A stretch of 64,000 nt of DNA from Candidatus Dojkabacteria bacterium. GTDB taxonomy: Bacteria > Patescibacteriota > Dojkabacteria > B142 > OLB20. Shown here in pieces: positions 54,751 to 64,000 of this stretch. The notes below the pieces were generated by a model. The model saw nothing but the letters and a program-made list of their open reading frames with translations, was not told the DNA's origin and ran no database searches. The stretch covers positions 614,535 to 678,534 of the forward strand of contig CP129475.1 in assembly GCA_030583785.1 (NCBI GenBank), given 5' to 3'. Every line of letters starts with the position of its first letter. Position 1 is the stretch's first letter. The translations under genes and the position numbers were made by a program.

Positions 54751-55539
54751 TTACACAGTCAACGAGGAAACAGCGGTTTTAAATAGCCTTGCAAGTTCTG
54801 CGCTTTTAATTACATTAACCGCAAAATTACTCTTCGATATTGTTCCGAAGAGAAGATTGTCTTCATAAACGATTGTATCGGTTTTTATTGCAAGTTTTGA
54901 TTTGTTGATTATGCTTGTCTTTCTAAGCTCTCTTTCATCTCGCTTGTTAAATTCTTGTATTGATTCACCTTTATTGGCAACCAAGATGGTTTTAACCTGC
55001 CTTCTCAATAAGGCATTTCGCAGTTTAGGCTCTGGAGCCTCGAAGTCGTCAAGATCAGGAACAAGAATATAAACTTCGCTTGCAGGAGAATCAAAAAAGA
55101 TATAGTTCATAATCTCTTTGTAGCCTGTTTCTCCATGATAAAACATTGTTTGAGGCTTGTTGGCATTACGATTGAACATTGTTTCCATGCGAGGCATCGC
55201 CTCTGTGAGCACGGTTTCAAGCTCTCGAAGTTCTCGTCTGCGCTGGTCTAGCAGATCCTTAAGTAAACGAGGATCATCTGCACGAAAGAATATTCTGTTT
55301 TTTTGCTCAAACTGAGAAATCAGGCCGCGTTTAATTAGACTATTTGCATATTCATAAACATTTGTGCGACCAATATTTGTTCTTTTAGCTATCTCGCTTG
55401 CTGAGGCTTCTCCGAATTGTAACAACGAAGAATAGACTTCGGCCTCGCCCTTATTTAAACCGAGATCAACCAGCTCCTTAATAAACATCTTATGATTAGT
55501 GTTTATAGTAATTGTATACACAATAAAAAGCCCCGACAA
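54751..55539 (-). CDS. TrmB-family transcriptional regulator
   Basis: N-terminal HTH LGLNKGEAEVYSSLLQFGEASASEIAKRTNIGRTNVYEYANSLIKRGLI. Confidence 0.65.
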   Translation of the reverse strand: MSGLFIVYTITINTNHKMFIKELVDLGLNKGEAEVYSSLLQFGEASASEIAKRTNIGRTNVYEYANSLIKRGLISQFEQKNRIFFRADDPRLLKDLLDQRRRELRELETVLTEAMPRMETMFNRNANKPQTMFYHGETGYKEIMNYIFFDSPASEVYILVPDLDDFEAPEPKLRNALLRRQVKTILVANKGESIQEFNKRDERELRKTSIINKSKLAIKTDTIVYEDNLLFGTISKSNFAVNVIKSAELARLFKTAVSSLTV

Positions 55540-55637
55540 TGACTTTTTGCAAAAATACCTTATAAATCTAGAGAAAATAGAAACTTGAAGCTATGTGATA
55601 GAGCAGGAGATGTGTTTATTGGTTGAAGACAGGCGAG

Positions 55638-56801
55638 TTAGTTCCAGCTGAAGCGGTTTTCAAGGTTATAAATATCGTCTAATATCCGGCTTCTAACGCT
55701 CTTAATAGTGCGATCGTCATGGAAACTATTCCCACCAATAGTAATCTGTATACGGGGAAGCATTTCATCCATCTGTTCGCCCAGCTCTCTACCTATTAAA
55801 CCATATTCGTTTGTTAGCCAATATACAGGTGAATACAGATTGGAATCATAATCTACATCGTATCTTTTCATCATTAAATCGTTGGCATATAGCGAGCCCG
55901 ATTTAGAGTATGTTAATCTAACAAAGACTCCTTCTGGAGAATACCCAGATATTGTTTGAGATACTCTCTTGACCGAAAATACATCCTTTAATCTATCTTC
56001 TTGAAATGTCGCAGTATCCTGAGCGTAGGATAACATTGTTCCTAGTAGGTGCATCGTTTCAAGTGGATGCTTTTTTAGTGCTGAGTGCCTTACTCCTTCC
56101 GCTATGCAGGCTTTTATCATGCTTCTAATTTCATGGTGCACATCATCTGATCTGTTACGCAACCTTGTAACCAAAGAAGGAGCATCTTGTTTATGTCCAC
56201 TAATTCTACTTACCAGCGATAACAGGGTACTTCTCAAACCTCTGGCCGGAGCTAACAAACCTTCAATCTCCTCCATAGTACGAATAACTATCTCTTCAGG
56301 AATAGACCCTCTTATTTGCTCAAACAGTCCCAATAAATTTTGCGTTAGGCCTCTTTCAGAATAGATTGGCTGAAGATTTTTATTCCGAATTTGATTTGCA
56401 AATGTATCAATAATAGCTTCAGAAGCCTTAACTACAATATCAGCAGATAGTAAGGTATCAACGGACTCTTCAATACCGAGTTCTCTTTCAACGCTATCGA
56501 GAGTGTTGGTAAGAACATTCGACTCATAAAGTCTGTCCTTAGAATCTGAAGACGGTTGAAGTTGGAAATGATATGACGGATGAGGATTAATGCTGGTTTC
56601 CAGATCTCTTGTCAGTTCAGGATTAATACCTGTTGGTACAAAGATACCTTCTGGATATGGTATGTAATGTGTTTGAAAATCTTTTAATCTTTGCTCGAAT
56701 TCTCTTCTATCGTTTTGATTAAGAAAGGAAACTGTATGTAAAGACTTCGTTTCTTTTACAAAGGGTATAGAATTGTTATCTCGACCTAATTCTCTTTCCA
56801 T
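55638..56801 (-). CDS. hypothetical protein
   Basis: 387-aa ORF. No recognisable motif. Confidence 0.45.
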   Translation of the reverse strand: MERELGRDNNSIPFVKETKSLHTVSFLNQNDRREFEQRLKDFQTHYIPYPEGIFVPTGINPELTRDLETSINPHPSYHFQLQPSSDSKDRLYESNVLTNTLDSVERELGIEESVDTLLSADIVVKASEAIIDTFANQIRNKNLQPIYSERGLTQNLLGLFEQIRGSIPEEIVIRTMEEIEGLLAPARGLRSTLLSLVSRISGHKQDAPSLVTRLRNRSDDVHHEIRSMIKACIAEGVRHSALKKHPLETMHLLGTMLSYAQDTATFQEDRLKDVFSVKRVSQTISGYSPEGVFVRLTYSKSGSLYANDLMMKRYDVDYDSNLYSPVYWLTNEYGLIGRELGEQMDEMLPRIQITIGGNSFHDDRTIKSVRSRILDDIYNLENRFSWN

Positions 56802-56882
56802 TTTCCTATTATATCACAGTTATATATTAATTTCATAACAATATATTGTCTTTATACGCAGTTTTGTTATATTGGTTACATA

Positions 56883-57449
56883 ATGGAAATATCTCGCAGC
56901 GAAGCAATTAAAATCCTAGACGACCTGGTAAAGAATAGAAACCTTACTAAACACATGTATTGCGTCGAGGCTACTATGCGCTTTTACGCAAAACTCTTTA
57001 ATACAGACGAAGAAAAATGGGCGATTGCAGGACTTCTTCACGATGCAGATTGGGAAGCTTATCCAGAAGAGCATCCCGCAAAGATTGTTGAAATCTTAAT
57101 TTCGATGAACGCCGAAGAAGACATAATACAGGCAATTGCCTCTCATGGTAATAATTCAGAAAAGTATGGCAACAGATTTCAAGAAAGAAAGACCTTGCTA
57201 GATAAAACCCTTTTTGCGTGCGATGAATTATCGGGATTCGTAGTTGCAGTAGCACTAGTACGCCCAGGCAGGCTAACCGACCTAAATCCAAAATCATTCA
57301 TAAAGAAACTTAAAGACAAATCGTTTGCAGCTCAAGTCAGTAGAGAAGACATATATCAAGGAGCGGAAGAAATTGGGATCGAACTTAAAGAGCATATCGC
57401 AAATGTAATTTCCGCAATCAAGACCATCGAGGCAGAAATCTTCGATTGA
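56883..57449 (+). CDS. HD-domain phosphohydrolase
   Basis: H...GLLHDADWEAY...H pattern (HD motif). 188 aa. Confidence 0.75.
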   Translation: MEISRSEAIKILDDLVKNRNLTKHMYCVEATMRFYAKLFNTDEEKWAIAGLLHDADWEAYPEEHPAKIVEILISMNAEEDIIQAIASHGNNSEKYGNRFQERKTLLDKTLFACDELSGFVVAVALVRPGRLTDLNPKSFIKKLKDKSFAAQVSREDIYQGAEEIGIELKEHIANVISAIKTIEAEIFD

Positions 57450-57484
57450 TTACGAATAATGAAAGTTATTCTGTATAATTCGCC

Positions 57485-58252
57485 ATGGGTCCAGAATTTC
57501 AATCACCAAAAATATTAACACTTGCCAACGCTGAAGATATCGACCCTCGTCGGGTAATTTTTGAGATGCAAAAGGACATTGCCCCTGGTTCAGAAATAAT
57601 TGTTCACGGTTTTGGTTGTAGTGTAGGCCTAAAAAACCCTTTTCTACAAGGTTATGTTCACAAAAGGCGAATAGATATTTCAACAAGTAGACACAGTATA
57701 AATCCCAGAGTAATTGTTCATACATATGCCACATTAGGTTCTCAGGCTTTTACAAACACTATTCTTGCAGGGATATTCTCAAGCGAATGGCAAACCAGCA
57801 GAGGAAACCAAGCTATTCGAATTGGGAGAATTCCCAACGACAATGGTATCAGCTATTGCCAACTGGGAGAGCCTATACCTGCATCAATAGTTGAAGAACC
57901 TAGTCCTTTTAGAATTAATTACAGAATAGGTATGATGCGCGATGGTTACGAACTGACAATAATTCCTTACGGAGGAAATATTCTAGCCGGTTTACAAATC
58001 ACTGACCAAGAACAACTATTTCATCCTTCACAGATTGCAGATATGCTGAACCAATTAAACCTATCTAGGGTTGATCTAGACGAGAATGTGAATCTAGCAA
58101 TTGCTCCTTCGGCAAACTTTGAAGAAGGAGGAAACATTCTAACCAGACATACAAATCACTTCTCAGGGCAGACATTCTATAACCTATTCGAACTTAGAGA
58201 AGGAAAATGGTTTGAAAGAAAGCCCACATCAACGGATTCCAGAACCGCCTGA
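57485..58252 (+). CDS. hypothetical protein
   Basis: 255-aa ORF 35 nt downstream of the HD gene. No recognisable motif. Confidence 0.45.
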   Translation: MGPEFQSPKILTLANAEDIDPRRVIFEMQKDIAPGSEIIVHGFGCSVGLKNPFLQGYVHKRRIDISTSRHSINPRVIVHTYATLGSQAFTNTILAGIFSSEWQTSRGNQAIRIGRIPNDNGISYCQLGEPIPASIVEEPSPFRINYRIGMMRDGYELTIIPYGGNILAGLQITDQEQLFHPSQIADMLNQLNLSRVDLDENVNLAIAPSANFEEGGNILTRHTNHFSGQTFYNLFELREGKWFERKPTSTDSRTA

Positions 58253-58254
58253 AA

Positions 58255-58914
58255 CTAAATAACACTAATTAATTTTGACTTAATGATCAACCTTTGTGTA
58301 TTCCCGTTTTCGCAAGTCTGAAGAGTCAAGGCAGGGTAGGCCGAATCTGCTGTGTATACAAAAGTATCTTCTGGATTAACAACAAACATCTCTTCGACAC
58401 TATAAACATATAGCTCGTTGTTAAAGGTAATTAGTATCTCATCTCCTTTTTGCAGTTCTCCAAGTCTATTAAAGAATCCGCTGCTGCCTTCGCGATGGGC
58501 AAATAAATAAACATTCCCGTCGTTTTTCGCTTGAAAGGGAAGTAGTGTGTACTTACCATGAGCAATGTCTTTTTCAATCACCGCAAGGTATTCTGCAGTA
58601 TTAATTGGATCAACATTGGCGACAATCCGTTTGTTGAGCGATATCTTTGGTATTTGGATAGAAAAATCTTCAATAACAACCTCGCTTCGGATAATCGGTG
58701 CCACAGTTATTGCTTCGACAGTACCGGAATCAGGTCTTTCAATAGGATCAAAGATAGTGTTTGCCCCGACTACAAAAGTGTTTTCAGGCGAGAAGAGTGC
58801 TATAAGCGAAATGCTTAACCCAATAGTGAAGAACGAAATTAACGAGGCAATTGTTAATACTTTCATTAGGCAATGTTTATATACATATATTATATCAAAA
58901 CATTGCTTTTGCAC
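58255..58914 (-). CDS. sortase-family transpeptidase
   Basis: N-terminal TM anchor, LFAHREG (His), TLQTCENGN (TLxTC catalytic Cys). Confidence 0.75.
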   Translation of the reverse strand: MQKQCFDIIYVYKHCLMKVLTIASLISFFTIGLSISLIALFSPENTFVVGANTIFDPIERPDSGTVEAITVAPIIRSEVVIEDFSIQIPKISLNKRIVANVDPINTAEYLAVIEKDIAHGKYTLLPFQAKNDGNVYLFAHREGSSGFFNRLGELQKGDEILITFNNELYVYSVEEMFVVNPEDTFVYTADSAYPALTLQTCENGNTQRLIIKSKLISVI

Positions 58915-58917
58915 CTA

Positions 58918-60615
58918 CTAGCCGCCAATCTGTGCCAACTTGTTAAAATCTATATGCAGAAGAAAATACTTGTCACCCTGCTTTAACTGAATAACTCTTG
59001 TTCCCTTAATAACAAGAGCTTCATCAACATTTTCGCGCACCAGCCTCGGCAGGTTACTACTGACATTTTGAATAAACAGGCTCGCTATTCCTGCCGTTTT
59101 ATTTGATGTGTAAAGGATTTCGTTGTCATTTAGGAACTGCAAACTGCCATGAACAGAGGGCAAAAAGGTCATCTTCGTTTTTATTTTCGTCTCCAAGTCA
59201 ATTAACCAAATATTCGTACCTGATCCGGCATCATTTAACATCAAGGCAAGATTCGATCCCGGGGATATATCTGTAATCCTAAAGGCGCCCTCACTTATCT
59301 TGACTGCATCGGAACCATCTGTTGCAACCTTGTAGACACCGTCGGAAGTTGAAAACACAACAGTATCGCTTCTTAATATGGCAGATAGGACTGGCGAGTC
59401 TCCGGAGTAGAGGACGGTGGAATCTTCGAGCTTTGGCTCCTTGTCTCTTGAAAAATAGTGCAGTTTATCTGTTTGAGAGTTATCAATAAACAAAACGCCA
59501 GAACTGTTTAAGTCGTAGCTAACACCATCTAGAGAGACAGGTCTTATTGTCTGTATGGTAGCATCGGATAGATTAACAAGACTTATCGTAGAAGATCCGC
59601 AAAGAACCACAGCTCTAGCTTTACTTTGACTTTGGATACTGCAGTCTAAGAGGGACTCTGCTAAATTAACAGCTCTTTTTCCATCAAGGTTAGAAATAAT
59701 AATGTTTCTACTTATGCCGTCGTCTTTTAGAGTAACAATTTTGCCTGTTTCTACAAGAGAGATTTCACCTAAAGAATTTTGGCCTTGGACAAGTTTAATT
59801 TCTTTGGTGAACTCTTCAAATCCATCTTTCCTGATCTTGATCTTAAATCCTTCACCAATGTCTAAGTCAACCAACTTGAGCTGTCCCTGCTCAAACAGTT
59901 TTGAATCTATAGCTTCAAATACTCCATTGTTGTTAATTTCAACTACTTTAGGAACAATCGACTCTCCGGTTAACCAGTTAGTGATTTCTCCAACAACATC
60001 TGCTGTGGGAGCCAACACTAGATCAAGCTCGAATCTACCTGGAACAACATCAATTTCTCGCGTTTCGTTTTTATAATACGGCGAGGTCATTACCAGTTTA
60101 TATTTACCAGTAAGTAAGCGACCTGTTTCGATCACAAAATCACTGTTATAAGAAAAATCGACATCATTTAGCTTGAAACTAAACTCGGAAGAATAAAAAG
60201 GCTGATCAGCTGGAGGACCTAGCTTTATTGCCAACTCTCCGAACTCTTGTCTATTGAGAATAACATCAAATCTGTTTGCGAATCTTTGTAAGCGAATCTC
60301 TTCTTTTATTCCGGCAAAACCGTTTGCTGAGATATCAATCTCGTATAATCCATACACTAAACCATCAATAAAGAATTTTCCTTCTGAATCTGTGCTTGTC
60401 GACTTACCCTGAAGTTTAACAGTCGCTGCTTGAATTGGATTATTGGAACTATCAAGAACCCGACCTTCTATATATACAGGAACTATACCTCTGTCAAAAC
60501 CAAGCACAATAAAGACAATCGGGAAGAGCACAAACAGTATGACTGCTACAGGTAAAATTACTATCAGCTTTTTATTATTAAAGACCTTTTTTATAAGATT
60601 TAGCAATGTAGCCAT
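58918..60615 (-). CDS. N-terminally anchored surface protein with carboxypeptidase-regulatory-like beta-sandwich repeats and a C-terminal beta-rich domain
   Basis: N-terminal TM. GRVLDSSNNPIQAATVKLQG...DSEGKFFIDGLVYGLYEIDISANGF (CarbopepD_reg-like). 565 aa. Immediately upstream of the sortase on the same strand. Confidence 0.5.
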   Translation of the reverse strand: MATLLNLIKKVFNNKKLIVILPVAVILFVLFPIVFIVLGFDRGIVPVYIEGRVLDSSNNPIQAATVKLQGKSTSTDSEGKFFIDGLVYGLYEIDISANGFAGIKEEIRLQRFANRFDVILNRQEFGELAIKLGPPADQPFYSSEFSFKLNDVDFSYNSDFVIETGRLLTGKYKLVMTSPYYKNETREIDVVPGRFELDLVLAPTADVVGEITNWLTGESIVPKVVEINNNGVFEAIDSKLFEQGQLKLVDLDIGEGFKIKIRKDGFEEFTKEIKLVQGQNSLGEISLVETGKIVTLKDDGISRNIIISNLDGKRAVNLAESLLDCSIQSQSKARAVVLCGSSTISLVNLSDATIQTIRPVSLDGVSYDLNSSGVLFIDNSQTDKLHYFSRDKEPKLEDSTVLYSGDSPVLSAILRSDTVVFSTSDGVYKVATDGSDAVKISEGAFRITDISPGSNLALMLNDAGSGTNIWLIDLETKIKTKMTFLPSVHGSLQFLNDNEILYTSNKTAGIASLFIQNVSSNLPRLVRENVDEALVIKGTRVIQLKQGDKYFLLHIDFNKLAQIGG

Positions 60616-60693
60616 AGTTACAATTAGTCATTGATCTGTTACAATTACTATAGGTGCCCCTAGTTGGGCATTTTTATTTTTTAGCCAGCCGAA

Positions 60694-61518
60694 TTGAAAA
60701 ACGCTAAAAAGATTCTTATTCTGATAGGGAATCAAATAAATCCAGACATATATCTAAGTTTACATTTGCTCGCCGATGCTGGCAAATCAATTTTCGGAAA
60801 GGATATCGAATATGCAGGAGCAAGAAATGTTTCCGAAACATATAAAGAGGTGCTTCCAATGCCCGAGATCAACTATCTAAGTAGCATCCCTCCCAAAAGT
60901 TTTGTCCTTGAATTCAAAAATCAAAAAAACAAGGTAGAGAATGTTCAATGGAGCCAAGAAGAAGACAAGCTTACCCTGTTTTTGACAATGCAAGCAGGCG
61001 ATATGAATCCTGCAAACTTTAACCTAAAAATCCATGGAGCAAACCATGATCTTGTCCTTGTCGTTGGGGCAAGTAGACCAGAAGAACTGGGAGAGTTCTA
61101 CGCTCAAGCAGAACAACTTTTTTCTGAGGCAGAAATTGTTGTCTTCTCAACAAACCCTGATTGTAAATTTTCAAGAGCCAAAACATATCAAACAGGCAGC
61201 ACCAGTTCAGTTTCGGAACAAGTCCTGATTTATCTCGAAAACCAAGGTGTGCGGATAAATGAAGTAAGAGCTACTAGACTACTCTCTGGGATTTTTTCAG
61301 CAACAGGTAGATTTAAGCACAACCTATCATCGGCATTAACCTATGAACTTGCTGCAAGGTTAACAAAATACGGCGCCAAAAACGATCTTGCTACAAAACT
61401 AATGGAACAACTTGAGGGTGCCAATTCTGCAACAACTCAACAAGTTCCAACTATAGAAAAAAAGGGGGAAGATGCGTTCGTCTCTATTCCAAAGCAAACA
61501 GCAAATGAGCGCAAATAG
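60694..61518 (+). CDS. NrnA/DHH-family-like protein with degenerate catalytic motifs (paralog 1)
   Basis: Alignable to NrnA blocks: NPDIYLS (cf. DPDAYGS), STSSVSEQVLIYL (cf. TSASSVSEMIYEL), SGIFSATGRF (cf. AGIVGDTGRF). The DHH triad position reads FSTN. Confidence 0.55.
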   Translation: MKNAKKILILIGNQINPDIYLSLHLLADAGKSIFGKDIEYAGARNVSETYKEVLPMPEINYLSSIPPKSFVLEFKNQKNKVENVQWSQEEDKLTLFLTMQAGDMNPANFNLKIHGANHDLVLVVGASRPEELGEFYAQAEQLFSEAEIVVFSTNPDCKFSRAKTYQTGSTSSVSEQVLIYLENQGVRINEVRATRLLSGIFSATGRFKHNLSSALTYELAARLTKYGAKNDLATKLMEQLEGANSATTQQVPTIEKKGEDAFVSIPKQTANERK

Positions 61519-62695
61519 CCTAGAGAAAATCAAAACAGCCAACACAATATTACTTGCATTATCCGAAGAAGCCGATCTTGACGCTTTAGCTGCAGCTTTT
61601 GCTCTTAGTGAACTTCTTAGATCGGTAGGAAAAAAACCTAGCATCCTTCTTGATAAAAAACACTATGATGAAAAATTGAAGGCACTTTTCCCTCCGGGAA
61701 GCAACAAGTTTATTCAGGAAAATGAACCGGGAAGCCTTGTGTTGACAATCGAAAGGATCAATTCATCTATAAAAGAGATTCGCTGGAAAGAAGAGAACAG
61801 TAAGCTAAATATTTATATTACTGCAGAAAATAGTAACCTAAACGAAAAAGATTTGATTATTAAACGCACAGGATCATCTGCAGATATTACTATTCTTATC
61901 GACCTAATAGACCCAAAGAAGCTTGGCAACTATTACGAGTTAAACAAAGACTCACTTTCTGATGATAGAGTTGTTTCTTTGGTATATGAAGGTGAAATTT
62001 TACCAATTATCTCTCAGAAAGCTTTAACCTTAATTCAGGGGTTAGAAATTGAGCTTTCTCAGCAGGCTGCGACATATCTGTTGGCGGGAATATACTGGAA
62101 GACTTTGAACCTCACTAACAATGCTAATTCTTTACTATTAATTACAGCAGGCAACTTAGCCAAGAAAACAAACGATATAAGCGAGGCAATAAATATCGCC
62201 AATATCAAACTTGAGCAGTCCGAGATTAAGATTCTTCAAAAGCTAAACAGCGAGATGCAAGATAGAGGAGACGGAGTATTTACTTGTTTTGTTGATGAAT
62301 CATCCCTGATGCCAAGCCCAAGAATATTTAACAAGTTCTTTACATCGTTGCCGATGAAAAAGGGGAGAGCAATAATTGCTGTGTTTGGAAGTAAGAACAC
62401 TAAAGAATCGTTGGTCTTGGTCAAACCCATAGAAAAAAGTGTTCGTAGGATTATTGAACAAAAATTTGAAAGCAGAAGCATTCCCGAAGGTCTGGTTATC
62501 ATGATAAAATCCGAGCCTCAGGTCGCCATGACAACGATTCTCGGTGTACTGAGCCCCAAACCAGAAATTCCCAAGGAGCCCAAACAGGAGATTACTCCTA
62601 AAGAGATTGACCCACTTGCTGCCGCAACAGACATTCCAGAACCTTTAGATCTGGAAAAACTAAGTTCTACTGAGCCTTTGAAAGATAATTACTAA
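61505..62695 (+). CDS. NrnA/DHH-DHHA1-like protein with degenerate catalytic motifs (paralog 2)
   Basis: LSEEADLDALAAAFAL (motif I-like), ILIDLID (motif II-like), no DHH triad, AGIYWKT in place of the GD motif. C-terminal DHHA1-like region without GGGH. Start set at the internal ATG to avoid overlap. Confidence 0.5.
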   Translation: MSANSLEKIKTANTILLALSEEADLDALAAAFALSELLRSVGKKPSILLDKKHYDEKLKALFPPGSNKFIQENEPGSLVLTIERINSSIKEIRWKEENSKLNIYITAENSNLNEKDLIIKRTGSSADITILIDLIDPKKLGNYYELNKDSLSDDRVVSLVYEGEILPIISQKALTLIQGLEIELSQQAATYLLAGIYWKTLNLTNNANSLLLITAGNLAKKTNDISEAINIANIKLEQSEIKILQKLNSEMQDRGDGVFTCFVDESSLMPSPRIFNKFFTSLPMKKGRAIIAVFGSKNTKESLVLVKPIEKSVRRIIEQKFESRSIPEGLVIMIKSEPQVAMTTILGVLSPKPEIPKEPKQEITPKEIDPLAAATDIPEPLDLEKLSSTEPLKDNY

Positions 62696-64000
62696 GCTTC
62701 TGTTTTCTTAGAAGCATTTGCCAAGAAAGCTTCGGCATCGCTAATCAACACATCTCTGGGTTTTGATCCGTTTGGAGGCCCTACAACCCCGTGCTCTTCA
62801 AGTTCATCAAGGAGTCTGGCAGCTCTGTTGTAGCCGACACTTAACTTGCGCTGAAGGAGTGAAGCAGACCCTTTTTGAGCATTAACAATAACCCTTACTG
62901 CATTTGCAAATTGGTTGTCATCTGATAGGTTTAAGTCTGCTCCCTCTGGAGCGTTTGGATCTCCCTGTTTTTCAATAACCTCTCTGGTGTATCTAACTTC
63001 GGGAACCTGGTCTTTTATGTAAGCAACTACCCTTTGGATTTCGTCTGGGGCAACCCACATTCCTTGAATTCTTTTTGCTTTTGAGTGCGATGGGTCTTTA
63101 AAGAGCATGTCTCCTCTGCCTAACAAAGATTCGGCTCCTATGTGATCTAATATGACTCGCGAGTCAATTTGTGTAGTAACACTCATACCAACTCTTCCGG
63201 GAATATTTGCCTTAATAAGTCCCGTTATGACATCGACCGAAGGTCTTTGTGTTGCTAAGACAAGGTGAATTCCGGTTGCACGAGCCTTTTGAGCCAAGCG
63301 AACAATCGCACCTTCTGTTTCGACTTTATTAGTCGACATCATCATGTCTGCCATCTCGTCTATAACAATGACAATGTAGGGGAAGGCTGCAAACCCCATC
63401 ATTTGGTTGTAACCTTCGATGTTTCTGACTTTTGTTTCTCTAAAAATCGTGTAGCGTCGTTCCATTTCTGCAATTGCCCACTTAAGTGCATTCAAAACCT
63501 TTTCCATTTCTGTAATCACCGGTGTTAGCAGGTGGGGGATTCCGTTGTAGTCACTTAGTTCGACCTGTTTCGGGTCTACCATTATAAACTTAACCTCGTC
63601 TGGAGTTTTTGTCATAAGCAAGCTAACAATGAATCCGTTTGTAAGAATGGATTTTCCTGAACCCGTTGCTCCTGCAATCAGTAGATGCGGCATTTTTTGT
63701 AGATCAAAAAGCATATGCTCGCCGGCGATATCCTTTCCAAGGGCTAATGGAAGGTGTAGCCCGCCATCTTTCATTCTGCTGTCAGATAAGATTTCTTTGA
63801 TAAAAACAGATTCTCTTTCTGTGTTTGGAACTTCTATGCCGACATAAGAAGTACCGGGAATTGGGGCTTCAATACGCACTGCGTTAGAAGATGTAGCCAA
63901 AGCAAGCGCCAAGTCATTTGCCAGATTTGCTATCTTTGAGACCTTTGTTCCAAGTGCGATATCAAGAGCGTATTGTGTAACAGTCGGACCGACTAGAACA
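62692..64000 (-). CDS. ftsK: DNA translocase FtsK/SpoIIIE, C-terminal motor and gamma domains (5'-partial, continues beyond the window edge)
   Basis: LLIAGATGSGKS Walker A, VIVIDEMADMM Walker B, C-terminal winged-helix gamma domain (LLQRKLSVGYNRAARLLDELE). The reading frame stays open to position 64000. Confidence 0.85.
   Translation of the reverse strand, partial: VLVGPTVTQYALDIALGTKVSKIANLANDLALALATSSNAVRIEAPIPGTSYVGIEVPNTERESVFIKEILSDSRMKDGGLHLPLALGKDIAGEHMLFDLQKMPHLLIAGATGSGKSILTNGFIVSLLMTKTPDEVKFIMVDPKQVELSDYNGIPHLLTPVITEMEKVLNALKWAIAEMERRYTIFRETKVRNIEGYNQMMGFAAFPYIVIVIDEMADMMMSTNKVETEGAIVRLAQKARATGIHLVLATQRPSVDVITGLIKANIPGRVGMSVTTQIDSRVILDHIGAESLLGRGDMLFKDPSHSKAKRIQGMWVAPDEIQRVVAYIKDQVPEVRYTREVIEKQGDPNAPEGADLNLSDDNQFANAVRVIVNAQKGSASLLQRKLSVGYNRAARLLDELEEHGVVGPPNGSKPRDVLISDAEAFLANASKKTEA

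Overview
Low-GC (about 38-40%) bacterial chromosomal segment, gene-dense and mostly housekeeping. I found no CRISPR array, IS element, transposase or integrase.

Translation and tRNA-modification genes: trpS, valS, metG, serS, infB (an unusually short 524-aa IF-2), def, trmD, tsaD and a fused tsaC-tsaE.

Other recognisable genes: pgi, adk, mutM, hup, comFC, comM, pepF, tatD, a rhomboid protease, a sortase with a large surface protein, and an ECF sigma factor with a probable anti-sigma partner.

RNA genes: a tmRNA (ssrA, minus strand, tag ending ...NLAA) and one tRNA-Ser(GCU).

Regions worth a second look:
1. A divergently arranged locus next to a Fur-family regulator, with twin palindromic operators. 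It holds a tightly coupled operon of a P-loop NTPase, a fold-type-III PLP decarboxylase, a cysteine-synthase-like PLP enzyme fused to a rhodanese domain, and a SufS-like cysteine desulfurase. I read it as a candidate undescribed persulfide-relay biosynthetic pathway, possibly for a sulfur-containing metabolite or metallophore.
2. valS carries a complete, apparently catalytically intact histidine-phosphatase domain embedded in the synthetase body, plus a HIGN variant of the HIGH motif.
3. T-box-like leader RNAs with intrinsic terminators lie upstream of valS and serS.
4. A six-gene carotenoid-type operon: TspO-like membrane protein, ICMT/DUF1295-like membrane domain fused to an alpha/beta-hydrolase, crtI, crtB, a tandem lycopene-cyclase-domain protein, and a CruF-like membrane protein.
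5. A pilN/pilO-like block with no pilM, headed by a small membrane-anchored protein with a von Willebrand factor type C (VWC)-like cysteine pattern.
6. The tmRNA 3' end is partly duplicated about 130 bp downstream, which looks like an integration-scar att remnant.
7. Two tandem NrnA/DHH-like paralogs with degenerate catalytic motifs.
8. A sigma70-like promoter overlapped by a perfect palindrome upstream of a cupin-like ORF.

The lineage cannot be fixed from sequence alone. Short IF-2, fused tsaC-tsaE and compact operons suggest a reduced genome.
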